A stretch of DNA of 64,000 nucleotides from Lama glama. Its lineage: Eukaryota. The number at the start of each line of letters is the position of its first letter. Position 1 is the first letter of the stretch. Of this stretch, positions 1-11,929 are shown one piece after another. The translations under genes and the position numbers were made by a program. Location: the NCBI GenBank assembly GCA_028534125.1, contig CM052816.1, forward strand, positions 93,374,001 through 93,438,000. Direction: 5' to 3'. Below the pieces are notes generated by a model. That model saw only the letters and a program-made list of their open reading frames with translations. It made no database searches and was not told where the DNA came from.

Positions 1-610
1 CAGGTGTATTGTCTGTCTAAATTTGTTAATGATACTCATAGTTTAAAAAGCACTTATTTTTAGTGTTCTCTTTGTTAAATGTTTGTACTTAGTGGGAAGT
101 AATGGATTCTCTTTATACAATACACAGGCATTCCCCATAATAGGACACTTTTTATGACTCCAAAAATATTTACTCTCCTAAAAAAATTAAGATTAGATGA
201 ATTTATAAACATTTGACTATTTTAAATATTACACTCCTAAATATTCATTCTTGCATGCTTATAGCTAAATGTTCTCAGCTTCTGTAATCCCTGTATGGAA
301 AATATTTAGGTGAGAAGGAAAAATTTGGTTGACAGAAGAGTGATGTTTGCTTTAGAAATGAAATTATTATTTGAGCTCTCATGTCCACGAAGCTCTTCTG
401 CCCTCTGATGTTTTCTCGTTTTTATTTATGGGATCATCATAGCACTCAGCTACAAATCTTGTACTGCAAAACCATTTCTAGGATGAAGATTACTTTTTGA
501 GATTCAGAAATGAAATGCGAAAAGTCAAAAGGGAAAAAGAGTTGTACTCTGGTGTACATATACATGTACGTGGATCAAACTTGTTTTTCTCTTGGAATCC
601 TATTTGATGT

Positions 611-1077
611 TGGGATAGGCAGAATTCTAGGATGGCCCTTCAAATTCCCCCTCTGCTATGTACACACCCTTTCTCAATCCCCCCAGGATTATGAATCTGA
701 TGTATTTCTCTCCTTTGATTAGGTTGTTATGTGGCACAATCAAAGATTATCTGATTGGGTTGGACTAGGTGTCACATATTAAGGAATGTGGCAGCCTCTG
801 TGAACTGTGAGTGACGCCAGCTAAGAGCCAGCAAGGAAGTGGGAACCTCAGTCCTTCAATCTGTAGTCCTTGACTTCTGCCAACAAGAATGGGCTTGGAA
901 GCAGATTTTCCCCTAGAGCCCCCAGGTGAGAACTCAGCCCACCAGTTTCAGCTTTGAGCAGGGAACCCAGTCACACCACTCCGGATTTTCCTGCAGAAAT
1001 GTGAGCTAATGAACAGGTATTGCTTCATACGGCTGAGTTTATGGTAGTTTGTTATGTGACGCTAGAAGGCTAAAACA
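611..1077 (+). mobile_element. MaLR LTR, MLT1E/F/G-like, solo LTR
   Basis: Starts 'tgggataggcagaattctaggatggccc', internal 'gccagcaaggaagtgggaacctcagtcct', ends 'ttatggtagtttgttatgtgacgctagaaggctaaaaca', matching remembered MLT1 architecture. Confidence 0.8.
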
Positions 1078-1134
1078 GACATATTTATCAAAGGTAACTT
1101 TTTTCCTTCAGCACCCAGCTCTGAAGTCCATCTG

Positions 1135-1634
1135 NNNNNNNNNNNNNNNNNNNNNNNNNNNNNNNNNNNNNNNNNNNNNNNNNNNNNNNNNNNNNNNNNN
1201 NNNNNNNNNNNNNNNNNNNNNNNNNNNNNNNNNNNNNNNNNNNNNNNNNNNNNNNNNNNNNNNNNNNNNNNNNNNNNNNNNNNNNNNNNNNNNNNNNNNN
1301 NNNNNNNNNNNNNNNNNNNNNNNNNNNNNNNNNNNNNNNNNNNNNNNNNNNNNNNNNNNNNNNNNNNNNNNNNNNNNNNNNNNNNNNNNNNNNNNNNNNN
1401 NNNNNNNNNNNNNNNNNNNNNNNNNNNNNNNNNNNNNNNNNNNNNNNNNNNNNNNNNNNNNNNNNNNNNNNNNNNNNNNNNNNNNNNNNNNNNNNNNNNN
1501 NNNNNNNNNNNNNNNNNNNNNNNNNNNNNNNNNNNNNNNNNNNNNNNNNNNNNNNNNNNNNNNNNNNNNNNNNNNNNNNNNNNNNNNNNNNNNNNNNNNN
1601 NNNNNNNNNNNNNNNNNNNNNNNNNNNNNNNNNN
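1135..1634. other. Assembly gap (500 N)
   Basis: Run of exactly 500 N. Confidence 1.
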
Positions 1635-2045
1635 GTCAGTCTTGTCTGACACCATTTCCACCTTGCTCACTCCACTCCAGCCACACTGGACTTTCTGCAG
1701 ATGATCAGAGCTCTCTCTTGCTTCAGGGTCATGGCAAATGCTCCGTCTTTGCTCAGCTAACACCTATGCATCCTACTGGGCTCAGTTTAAATGTCATTTC
1801 CTCAAAGAAGCCTCCTGTGACCTACTCCCTCACTACCAGCTAAGACTGGTTCACCTCTTCCAGTTGCTCTGCAAGTCCTTCACTGTCCTTTCTAGCATGG
1901 AAGACAAATTCAAGTAGGTATTGTTTATACTAATATTTGTTTGATTTCTGGGTTACCCACTTGACTGGACCCTTCATGACAGCATGAAGTACATCTATAT
2001 TGTCCACTGACATGTCTCTACTGGAACATAATTAGCAATTCTGTT
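1635..2045 (+). mobile_element. L2 LINE 3' fragment
   Basis: 'ccttgctcactccactccagccacactgg', 'ctcagtttaaatgtcatttcctcaaagaagcctcctgtgacc' are typical L2 3' motifs. Confidence 0.75.
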
Positions 2046-2436
2046 TTTGTGCACAACATGGCTATCATCATTGTTGAAAATCCATTGAATGAGAGTCTAT
2101 GGCTGACAGTTCAACAGTGGCAGCTCTTGTCATGGCATGTATCAGGAATGCTTTCATCAGAGCAACTTGTAAGAGTAGCCACTGGCAAAGTCTAAGTGTT
2201 TGTAGAACAGATGTGTAATAATCACAGTGATTTACATGTAACTTTACCAGGTAGCTAATTGGGAAACAGTGAAAAAAAAAAGAATAAATTTTGAATGAAG
2301 TGTCTTCAGACTTGATTACTGTTTTATTGCTGATTTTATAGCTAAAATCAATTTTATTGATTTTATCATACCAAAGGTTGGGAGATAATCTAGCTAGTTC
2401 CAATGGGCTGCTGAAAAAGTCACAGATAGTCTAGAA

Positions 2437-2610
2437 CAGGGGGCAAACGTTTTCTATAAAGGGCCAGATAGTAAATAGTTTAGGCATTGTGAGCTGTATA
2501 GTCTCCATTGCAACTGCTCAACTTTGAGGTTGTAGCATGAAAGCAGCTATGGACAATATGTAAATGAATAGACATGGCTATGTTCTAATAAAACTTTATT
2601 TTAAAAACAA
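2437..2610 (+). mobile_element. MER58A hAT-Charlie MITE, 3'-truncated
   Basis: 'cagggggcaaacgttttctataaagggccagatagtaaata...ggctatgttctaataaaactttattt', preceded by Charlie-type target 'gtctagaa'. Confidence 0.9.
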
Positions 2611-2959
2611 AGTTTGTTTGTAAACACAAGGGGTTCCAGGAAGAAGTTTCTGTGTAAACTTTCAAGAGACTTGACACTGGATAGCACATAGCAGATAAAA
2701 ACCAGGTAGATCTTGGAGTTCCCTTGGAAAATCTCCTTAACTAGAATCTTTAGTTGAGACAGGGCTCATGTGTCCTATTTTGCTAGCCCCTGGTTGAGAA
2801 GAAAGAGATGCAAGTACCAAGGGCAGGAAAACACAACTGCACTGATTTGGAACAGGGAAGGAAGAAAATGAAGAGCTGGGCAAAAAAGAGGAACATGACA
2901 TTTATTAGCAGTAAGTAATGGTGCAGCCCAGCTCTGACTAAGGTAGACACATGTTGCAC

Positions 2960-3075
2960 TATCCAAGCAAGAGGTGATTGATGGTGGCTTGGATCAGAGA
3001 ACTAGACTCTGGATATAATCTGCAGGTAAAGCTAACAAGATTTGCTGATGAAGTGTGTGCAAGTGTGAGAGACAG
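2960..3075 (-). mobile_element. L2 fragment
   Basis: 'tccaagcaagaggtgattgatggtggcttggatcag...ggatataatctgcaggtaaagctaacaagatttgctgatg'. Confidence 0.65.
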
Positions 3076-3114
3076 AACTAACAGTCACTTTGTCTGGGGA
3101 TTCAGTGTGAGGTC

Positions 3115-3556
3115 TGTATTAGTTCTGAAGGCTGCTTAACAAAATATCATAAACTGGGCAGCTCAAAGCAACAGAAATTTATTCACACAGTTCTAGATGC
3201 TGGGCATCTGAAATAAGGTGTCAGCATGGACATGCCCTCTCTGAAGGCTCTACAGGAGGATCCTTCCTTGTCTCTTCCAGATTCTGGTATTTTCTAGCAA
3301 TGCTTGGCATTCCTTACTTGTAGGTGCCTCCCTCCAGTCTCTGTCTCCATCATCACATGGTATATTTGTGACTCTTCTCTTCTTCTTATAAGGATGCCAG
3401 TAGATCAGGTTTAGGATAAACCACCGCCGCTCTCCCATTTCAGTATGACATCTTCTTAACATGATTACATCTGCAAAGACCCAATTTCCAAATAAGGTTC
3501 CATTCACAGGTATCTGGAGACATATCTTTTTAGGAGACACAATTCAACCCGCAATG
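3115..3556 (-). mobile_element. MaLR LTR, MLT1C-like
   Basis: 'tgtattagttctgaaggctgcttaacaaaatatcataaactggg...acatctgcaaagacccaatttccaaataagg...ggagacacaattcaaccc'. Confidence 0.9.
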
Positions 3557-3679
3557 GATCCATAGCTGGATTGAAGCAGCTCATGAAGTATCTGAGATCA
3601 AGGTGGGGCCCATCACTTCTATTTGATTCTTGAATGTATCTGGATCTCAGCAAACCATAGATCCAGTTTAATTTTCTCT

Positions 3680-3780
3680 TTCAGGAAATTCTGAGTTTTA
3701 AAGAGGTCAAGTTACTTGAAGAATCCTTGAACCAAATTGTGTTGGAACTAGGGCAAGGATCACCTGGCTCTTTTCCAGAA
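3680..3780 (-). mobile_element. MIR SINE fragment
   Basis: Degenerate MIR core 'aggaaattctgag...agaggtcaagttacttg...ggaactagggcaagg'. Confidence 0.5.
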
Positions 3781-5489
3781 TCATCCAATGACCCCTTTTT
3801 TGGTGGGTGAAGTGGAAAGAGTAATAATACAACCAGGTGCTCTATTACCTTATGGAAAAACATGCAAGAGCTTCCTGTTTCTAGCCTGCCTCTGGGTGTT
3901 CTATGTGTGACTTTGCTTCAGGCTTGGTGTTCAGTTATAACCCATGGTAACGAACGGGCAATTGTACCTAGCATCACACTGCGTCTGGCACATCCTAGTA
4001 CTTGCTGGGCATACTTAATCATGCTGATGGATTAGGATTGGAAATGTATATAGAATTGTGTTCAGGTGCAGCCAGGCCATAGGGCAACAGCAGAAGACAC
4101 CTCTGTGCTATTGGGTGGCATCAGCACATTTTTTTTTTTCTGTTTTAGTCAAAGAGTCCTTTAACTAGGCTTTTGCTGTCTTACATGTCTTCAGTCACAT
4201 TTTTATTCCATTCAGTTCTCTCCTGGGACTTACTGATAAGACTGGCTGTTGTGATGGCAACACACCCCCTTCCTGCTTCACTGTCTTTGAGCTCCCACGT
4301 GGTGGTTCTGCCTCTCAGACACTTGCTGAACAGGCTGTGTATCTCCGGTTACTGAGAATAAGGCCAGACCTCTCTCCTCTAGGACAGCAAAGCCCATCCA
4401 CAGTTTGTAACAGCAAAGAAGGAAAGGAAGAGGGGGTAAGAAAGGGGAGTGTGACATTTATTACCAATAAGTAATGATGCAGCCCAGTGCTAACTGAGGT
4501 AGAGAGATGTTATTATTCAGTGATTTTTCTTTTCTGATTGTGTAGTTAAAAATAGGCTCTTTTTTTTTTTGGTTTTCTTCCCAAATAAATTGCAGAAATT
4601 GGCTGAAAATACCTGGGAGATGGCAGAGCTATAATTCATTTTTTTAAAACCACTAGCAAAGCATTGCAATTTTACTAATGTTCTTTTTTATTACAAAGGA
4701 CTAGAAGAAATTATTTTTCAAAAATAATGTGAGTACTCAAAAAAACTAAGACATTGTTGCTTTAATTTATTATAATTACTGATCAAAGAATTACTTCTTA
4801 ATTAAATTGGCTCAGTATATGTCTTTGACTACCCTAAAAACACATTTCTTCCTCATTACTATTTGCAAATTACAGCATCTCTAACCTACTGAGAAAATCC
4901 CAAAGCCATTGAGAGAGCACTCTGTTGATTGGATCCCCTGCCACTAAAAACATATGTCTTTCTGCTCAGCATTCTTCCCTGCTCTGAGATCTCAAAAGGG
5001 ATGGAAGCCTTTTCCTGTCCAAGGCTAATCTCTTAGTAATTGGAGTCCCCATGGTCTCCTGGAGAACTTCCACAGTCAATCATTCCTGCTCTACAGTTGT
5101 TCATCCCTTTTTCTCTGAAGAATCTCTCTCTTTGTGGTGGAAATATATTTAAATTTCTCCCGTCTTATATAACAAACATCCCTCCCTCTACTTCTAGCTA
5201 TATTCTGTGCCTTGTCTTCATAGCCAAGTTTCCTAAAAACAAAACAAAACAAAATAAAACACAGAAGAGAAGATAAACCACTTTATATCCTGTATTTACG
5301 TCTTACATAACATAAATTACAATTATATCATCGTCCACCTACACCCTCCGCTATCTACTGCAGATCACTTGATGTTTCAAGTTATCAATAGTCTCAAAAT
5401 AACATACAGTACACTTTTTGAAGCCATAATTTTACTTGATTTTTCTGCTGGATTGGACGCTGTTTTATTTTTCTTTAAAGCTCACCTTT

Positions 5490-5795
5490 CTCTTGGCTCA
5501 GGTTTCTTACCTGGTCTCCACTGGCCTTTGGTGGAGAGGGGTTCCTCATCACTGCTGCCGGGGTTGGGAGTTTGGGATCCCCAAGTGGTCGCCATGGACA
5601 CCAAGGAGGGCTGGCCTCATTACTGCAGGATTCTGATGAGAAAATCCTGACTCCTCACTAGATCTCCTCTGACATCACCCCAACAGGGACAGAGGAGACA
5701 CCTCAAGGTTGCCAGTGGAGGGTGAATGGCCAGGTAGCTTGTGACACTGCAGAGGGTGGGGCAACGGCTATGGGAATGAAAGTCCCGGGTCCTTG
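5490..5795 (-). mobile_element. Old L1 (L1MC/L1MD-type) 5' UTR fragment
   Basis: Characteristic units 'ggtctccactg', 'ggcctcattactgc', 'ctcctctgacatcaccccaacaggg', 'gaaagtccc'. Confidence 0.65.
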
Positions 5796-5890
5796 TCTTT
5801 GTAGCTTTGTATTTCTGCTACCTATAGCCCTGCTCATACCAGGCACTCCACCTGTGTGGGTTGAAGAATAAATAAATTAATTAATAAATC

Positions 5891-6485
5891 TCTGTTAGTT
5901 TTCAATCACTGCCATAGCAAGTTACTACAAACTAGTGACTTAAAAACAACACAGTGTATTACCTCCCTGCTCTGCAGATCAGAATACCAAGCACAGGATG
6001 GCTCAGCTTGGTTCTCTCTTTTGAGACTCATAAGGGCAAAATCAAGGTCTGGGAGGCTCTTGGAAAGAATCTGCTTTCAAGAGACTTCGGTGGTTGGATG
6101 AATTCAGTTTCTTGTAGTTGTAGGACTCAGGGCCCCCCATTTCCTTGCTGGCTGTCAGGCAGGGGCCAGACTTGCTCCTCCAAGCTGACAGCCATTTTTT
6201 TCCTGCCTTTTTTGTGGTCTGTCTCCAGCAATTTCACTCTTCAAATATCTAATTTCCCCTTCTGCTGCATCTCTCAGATTGGCTTTTCTGCCTTCTACTG
6301 CTTGTGTGATTATGTTAAGCAGAGCTGGATAGCCCAGGGTGATTTATCTATTCCAGGCCAGTTGGTTCAGGGCCTTAATTCACATCTGCAGAGATCCTTA
6401 AGAGCAGTACCCAGATTAGTGTTTTAATTGAAAGACTGAGGGACGGGGATTTTCTGGGGATATCTTTTGAACTGTGGCTACCATA
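5891..6485 (-). mobile_element. MaLR LTR, MLT1E-like
   Basis: 'tgttagttttcaatcactgccatagcaagttactacaaactagtgacttaaaaacaacac...gaattcagtttcttgtagttgtaggact...ctaccata'. Confidence 0.85.
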
Positions 6486-6679
6486 GTCTCCTTAGGCAAA
6501 AAATAGAAGAATGCAAAGAAAATACGCAAGAGAATATATAATTAAAGGAAAATCCTGCCAAGGTGACAACTGCAATGACACTTCCATGTGTTGAGTATCC
6601 TCAATGAATTATGTTATGTACTAGGTGTTTGAAAAAGGACAGTAAGACATTGTCCCTTCTGAGAAATTGTAGTTTATTT

Positions 6680-6800
6680 CTAGAATGTTAGCTTCATGGG
6701 GAGCAGGGATCAGAGCCTTCATTTCCTACTCTATATTCAGGACCTAGTCTGGTACCTGATACCGAATGGATGTCTAATAAGCATTGTTTTGATTGACTGA
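6680..6800 (+). mobile_element. L2 3' terminal fragment
   Basis: 'tagaatgttagcttcatggggagcaggg...ctaataagcattgtttttgattgactga'. Confidence 0.7.
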
Positions 6801-7209
6801 GCAGTTTTCTAAAATATGAATATATAAAAATGAAAGGCAGGAAACACAATTTACAGTAGAGAAAGAGCACTGTGAACTAGAATGCTGTAAACCTTGCCTT
6901 TGGATTTAGTTTGCAAAGTGAACCTTTATGCGTGACTGTGATGTTGCGGGATTTCGTCGTGGGGGGGAGCACGGACGTGGCCTTTTGCTTCACAACGGGT
7001 CCACTGGAGTGAGCTTTCACCCCGAGGAGGAGGGTGTCAGACCACACCCAGATGGAGGCGGGCTGTGGATGCTGAATATAGATGTTCAAATCTTTCATAA
7101 GGTTAACATAAAGCCCACAAAAGCATTTGAAGAGGAAAGTCAATGATTAAAGTAGATTTATGAAATATTAATTTGTTGCCAAAATGGCAACATGTGGCTT
7201 TCACAAATC

Positions 7210-7603
7210 CGCTGTAACAAGCACCCCTAACATCTCAGTGGCTTAGTATAAGCCAGGTTTCACTCAGGTCATAATATGATTATGTGTTTAGTAAGTGGCC
7301 CTCCATGTATGATTTAACATGTGGTTCCTTCCCTCGTTTTGGTGCCACCACCCGCAGCCTCATTGGGGGTCCCTAATGGACCCTTTGTATTCAGCTTCCC
7401 AGGCAGTGAAGCAAGTAAGAGAATGAGATGGGACATGTGATGGCCTGGAAATGGTACATATCACTCTGACCATGTTCTGTTGGATAAAACCAGTCATGTG
7501 GCCCTAACATTAATAATAAGACAGCTGGGAAATGTGGCAATCCTATGTGTCTAGAAGTAGAAAGCAGAAGTGGTCAGCATCTATCTAGCCAGTCTCTGCT
7601 ATG
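7210..7603 (-). mobile_element. Old MaLR LTR (MLT1J/K-like)
   Basis: 'ggcctggaaatggtacatatcactctgaccatgttctgttggataaaaccagtcatgtggccctaac...ctgggaaatgtggc'. Confidence 0.7.
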
Positions 7604-9279
7604 GAACTCTCAAAGCTCAGAGAAGTCAGCAATAAAAAGCTTGTTTAAATATGTTTGGATTCATGCTTTTCAAAGCTACTTGGTTACAATTTTTCATTTT
7701 TAGAACAATATCTACTGACAATTCTCATAAGTGGTGTTCTGAGGAATATTATTCAGAAAAATAGTTCTGGGCATCCCTCTTGGCAACTTTTCGAGACATA
7801 TCACTTTTTTTAGAGCAGTAGGCAGATAAAGTAGGGGCTTAGTGATCTTAGGCTTAAATGAATAACCATTTCTAAGATAGCATAATTTAGAGTATAACTC
7901 CTTTTCAGTTATAACATGATCTTATACAGAGTATTACAATCTCAGTAATCCACTAATCTCAAACCTGGAGGTTTCTGAAAATAAGTATGATACCTATTGA
8001 ATATCAGAAGTGATCATTGCTTTATTCTTAACAGAGTTTATTGCACAAGTTAGAAGGCATTTCTCCTAATTTTTAGGGAAAAGTCTTAAAACACAAAATT
8101 AAGAGCAAAAGTGTGGTCTGCTTCGTTGAGAAGAAACCCTCAAGCAGAACAATGTAATGCTTGTTTTTCTAGAGCAGAGAAGGTCATGTCAGTTCTTTGG
8201 ACATAAATGTATAATAATGTTACACTCAGAGACCATAAAAAATGGGGAGGAATAGATCCAGTGAAGGAAAGACAAAAATATGAGGTGCAGCATTGTGAGG
8301 ATTTAAGCAGATGGTTGGTGTCTTGTTGATCAGACTCTGAAGATGATGGCAAATGAAAAAATAAGAATAATAAGGAAAAATTAAAAGTAAAATAAAAGGA
8401 AAATGACATGCGATTTTGCTTACTTTTTGATTTTGTCTTCTCATTACATACATATAGGTGTTTCTGATGTTTATAGACATAAAGAAAGAGGACGAATCTT
8501 ATATTCCAAGAAGCATCCAGGAACAGTGATATCCTGTGATAATTTTCCATTCAGAAACTCTCAACTTCCAACACTAAAAAGGGGTTTCATTCAAAATATT
8601 CTCTCTTCAATGTGTATTTTCTACCAATAGTCTTCGTTATATAAGCAAATGCCCTAGCATTTTGTCTTGAGAATGGGCTTGTAGACTAGGTATTGAATTC
8701 TCTCAAAGTTAAAAATTAACCTTTAGTGATTGGACAAGAGGCATTTCTAGCTATTTTTTTTAAATTATGCATATTTCTCCTTGTTGCTTAAAATGGTAGC
8801 ATGTTGAGGTCAACCACTATAATGAAAGCAGACAAAAAGGCAATTATTTGGAAAATAAGATATAGTCTAGACTCCAGCTGAAGGTGGGTTAATAAATGAT
8901 TCATGTCAGCTGGAGACTCCTAGGGCACGCTCCCAACCAGCCAAGAGGGCTTGTACCGATTAACAGACTGCCCAAGTTTAAGAATGAGGGCATGGTATGA
9001 GCATCCTCTACTCTACACGTTTATGGTTCTAGTACTGCTCCAGGGCTTTACACAGGAGAGAGCATTTGTTAGATAAATGTAGATTCTTCCTGAATTATGG
9101 ATTCCTTATTCCATCAGTGTTCGTCACCATGATGAAATGAACTGATGCAGAAGTGTTAGTGGCTTAGGTATCAAGGTAATTTCCTTATTTCTATCATGAA
9201 ACCAATTCCAGAAATAACTCAGGGAGGCACTTGATTGGTGACAAGTACTTCTTGGTCGTTTCCAAAGACACATAAACTT

Positions 9280-9420
9280 TGTCGCTCAAAACGTAGGTCC
9301 CTGGACCAGCAGCACCCTGAGAACTTACTAGAAATGCAAATTTTCAGGTCACAGATCATTTACAGTCTGAAATTTAACAAGATCCCTGGTGATAGAATAC
9401 ATGAAAAGTTTGAGAATTTA
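9280..9420. mobile_element. MER5A hAT-Charlie MITE, internally deleted
   Basis: 'ggtccctggaccagcagcaccctgagaacttactagaaatgcaaattttcagg...tttaacaagatccctggtgat...aaagtttgagaa'. Confidence 0.85.
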
Positions 9421-11397
9421 CCACAGATACATACATGCCCACACACATGCCTGTGTGCATTGCCTGTGCACATAACGCACACATATCAAATTTTGCAAGC
9501 TTGTTACCAAGTTATGCCAAGTCCACTGCAGTCTGGGGGTAAGAAATGGGATAGCTAAGAGACATATGTGTTCTATATCTTCTTGCAGATTTCACCTACC
9601 ACCCATATTAAATACCAAGACATTAGGTATTTCCTTAGAAGTTAGTATTTTTGTGCCTTGCCCCACAGGTCGCCAGTCACTTGGGGAAGAACAACAGAAT
9701 GATCAGTGGGTGAGCTTTCTGGTAGCTGGGGCTCAGCAGTAAGACTGATCATGCTGGGTGTCAGCAAAGCTAACAATCTCATTGCTTTTCTCTTTACTTT
9801 TTCTCTGGAATAAACAGAGGATTTTGGTCTCTTGGGCTATCAATCCAACTCTTCCAGCAAGCACCAAAAGAACCAAAACAAAAACACCCAAAAAGTAGGA
9901 CGGAGAGAGCAGAAATGAAGTAGGATAACAGTCAAATCAAATATCAGACAAAGCAAACTGAGTGGCACACATACTGCAATGAAAAGAAAGAACACTGGAG
10001 GGGAAAAATGATTCTGCAGGTCTGAAATGTGGAATTACCGAACAGCAGTGCTAGTGACCTAAAATGTCAAAAGAAAAATGGCATTTTTCAGCAGTAATTT
10101 CTTTTTTTTTCCCCAGCAGTAATTTCTGAGATTTAACCTTTCCTTGTTAGAGAACTATTTAAATGAAAGATGATTCTTATTCTGCTAACACTTTCTTACT
10201 TTCTGATGTTAAGTTATACGAACCAGTTTACATCAAGTGCAGTGGTGGTGGGTGGGGGCTGTCTCTAAAAATTGTGTGCCAACTGAATGGTGGCTTTAGG
10301 GTCACATTATATAATACACAGTTTTTTCATCAATGTTCGTTATTTTGTTCTCAGGAGAAATAGAGTGTGTTCAAGACCTCGTTGATTTCACACCTGACTC
10401 CCCATCCCCTCACTGTACCCCACCCCCAGCTCCTTTCTGTATCTAGTTTCACTTTTCTGCTCCCATCCCTTCTTGGTGTCATTGTGGCTAGTCCTCTGAA
10501 TATAGATTGATGAGTCAGTATATTATTCCATCTCACTGAATAGCACTTTTCTCAATGAATTCTTAAAAAGTATCGATTCTCTATAATGGCAGACCAAAAT
10601 TTTATTTCGGGAGATACCTGGCTTGTAAATAATCACAGGCAAATTGCTATCTAAGTATTCTTCAAAACTATAACTCTATAATCTGTGATTGTTCAGTTGT
10701 TCAGTTCTTCAGGACATCAGTTCCCTGCTGGTGGAAAGGAGCCGATGCCTTTTTATTTTAAACTTTTCTAGGAAGATGCGTTTTCCTGGAGGGAGTGGTA
10801 GATGCTAGTATTTCTACCTGACAGGTGCATGCATTTCACTTAGGAGAATGGTAGTGATAAATGCCACTTCTGACCATGAGACTGCCCAGGTTTTAGTTTC
10901 AGAGACCCTCATTTTTGCTTCTGAGGCAGGATTATTTCTTCTACCACCACCTCTTTCCTCTTTGCCCTTTTCTTCCAAAAACCTCACCTTTGAGATTTCA
11001 GAAATTTGCAACCCAAAGGGACTGATGTTTCAAGGTTAATGCAGTCAGTCCTGACATTCTTCTTGAAAAGTTATCCATCTCTCTACAGGAGAACAGTTGG
11101 TACCAGGTAGACGTCAAACATTTCCTGTGGTCATAAAGCCCGCTTATTTTTTAATTCCTCCTCTTATTTCCACGTGAAAATGGGATTCTTTCTAGAGCCT
11201 ATTTATCATTGTTGGCTAAGAAACATGATAAAGAATATAAAACATATAAGGATACTACAGGAAATTTGCTTTCTTCTTTACCTAAGACGCACAGACACCA
11301 CCCAAATACAGAGGTTCAGAACTACTGAAAAGGCACACATGAGGGACAGAGAAATGAGAGCTCATATCTTGATGAGAGAGATCAGAAATTTATAAAG

Positions 11398-11535
11398 CCA
11401 GGCTTCTCAGATTTTATCATATGTAAAATCATCTGTGGATCACGTTAAAATGCAGATTCTGATTTGAAGTTCTGGAGTGGGAGGGACCTGAGAGTCTGAA
11501 TTTCTGCAAAGCTCCCTGATGATGTCCATGCCTCT
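11398..11535. mobile_element. MER5A/MER5A1 fragment (left arm of inverted pair)
   Basis: 'cttctcagatttt...gttaaaatgcagattctgattt...ctgaatttctgcaaagctccctgatgatg'. Confidence 0.85.
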
Positions 11536-11739
11536 CCTACCACAATGCAAACCAAGTGGAAAATGTTAATGAAGGCTCTATAATTAAAAAATATATATTA
11601 CAATATATATAAAGCCCCTTCATGCCCAGTCTGTTCCACGCCATTGCTATTCTTCCTAAGCTTGCCTGGTGGGGTCTGCAGGAAGCATGGGTTGGAAGCA
11701 ATGGTTTCTGCTGTGCAACGGTGTAGAGCTGTAGCACAA

Positions 11740-11925
11740 ATTATTGCCTGTCTTTCTTAAAATATTTGATATGTTTGGATCATAGATATTTTTGCATTCA
11801 TTTTGATTGTTTAAATATTGCCCTAAAAGGTTTTTTAAAATTTTGATTCCTGAGGTTTTGAGAAATTCCTTAGTTTTTGTGCTGGAGGCAAGGACCTCAC
11901 TTTCGTCACCCTAAGCCCAGCCCTG
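11740..11925 (-). mobile_element. hAT-Tip100 element end (MER96B-like)
   Basis: Terminal 'ggaggcaaggacctcactttcgtcaccctaagcccagccctg' plus internal 'atttttgcattcattttgatt...aaatattgc'; left boundary uncertain, may extend to about 11560. Confidence 0.7.
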
Positions 11926-11929
11926 ATCA

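Noticed and set aside
1049..1843. Long ORFs of 264 and 233 aa (also 18927-19556, 19001-19534, 56661-57311, 56686-57291)
   Set aside because: They are long only because they read through 500-N gaps; the flanking residues come from repeats.
5954..6427. 157-aa ORF
   Set aside because: Lies entirely within an MLT1E-like LTR, has no ATG start and no domain resemblance.
6928..7146. 72-aa ATG-initiated ORF in the CpG-rich patch
   Set aside because: No recognisable homology; length is expected by chance in locally GC-rich sequence.
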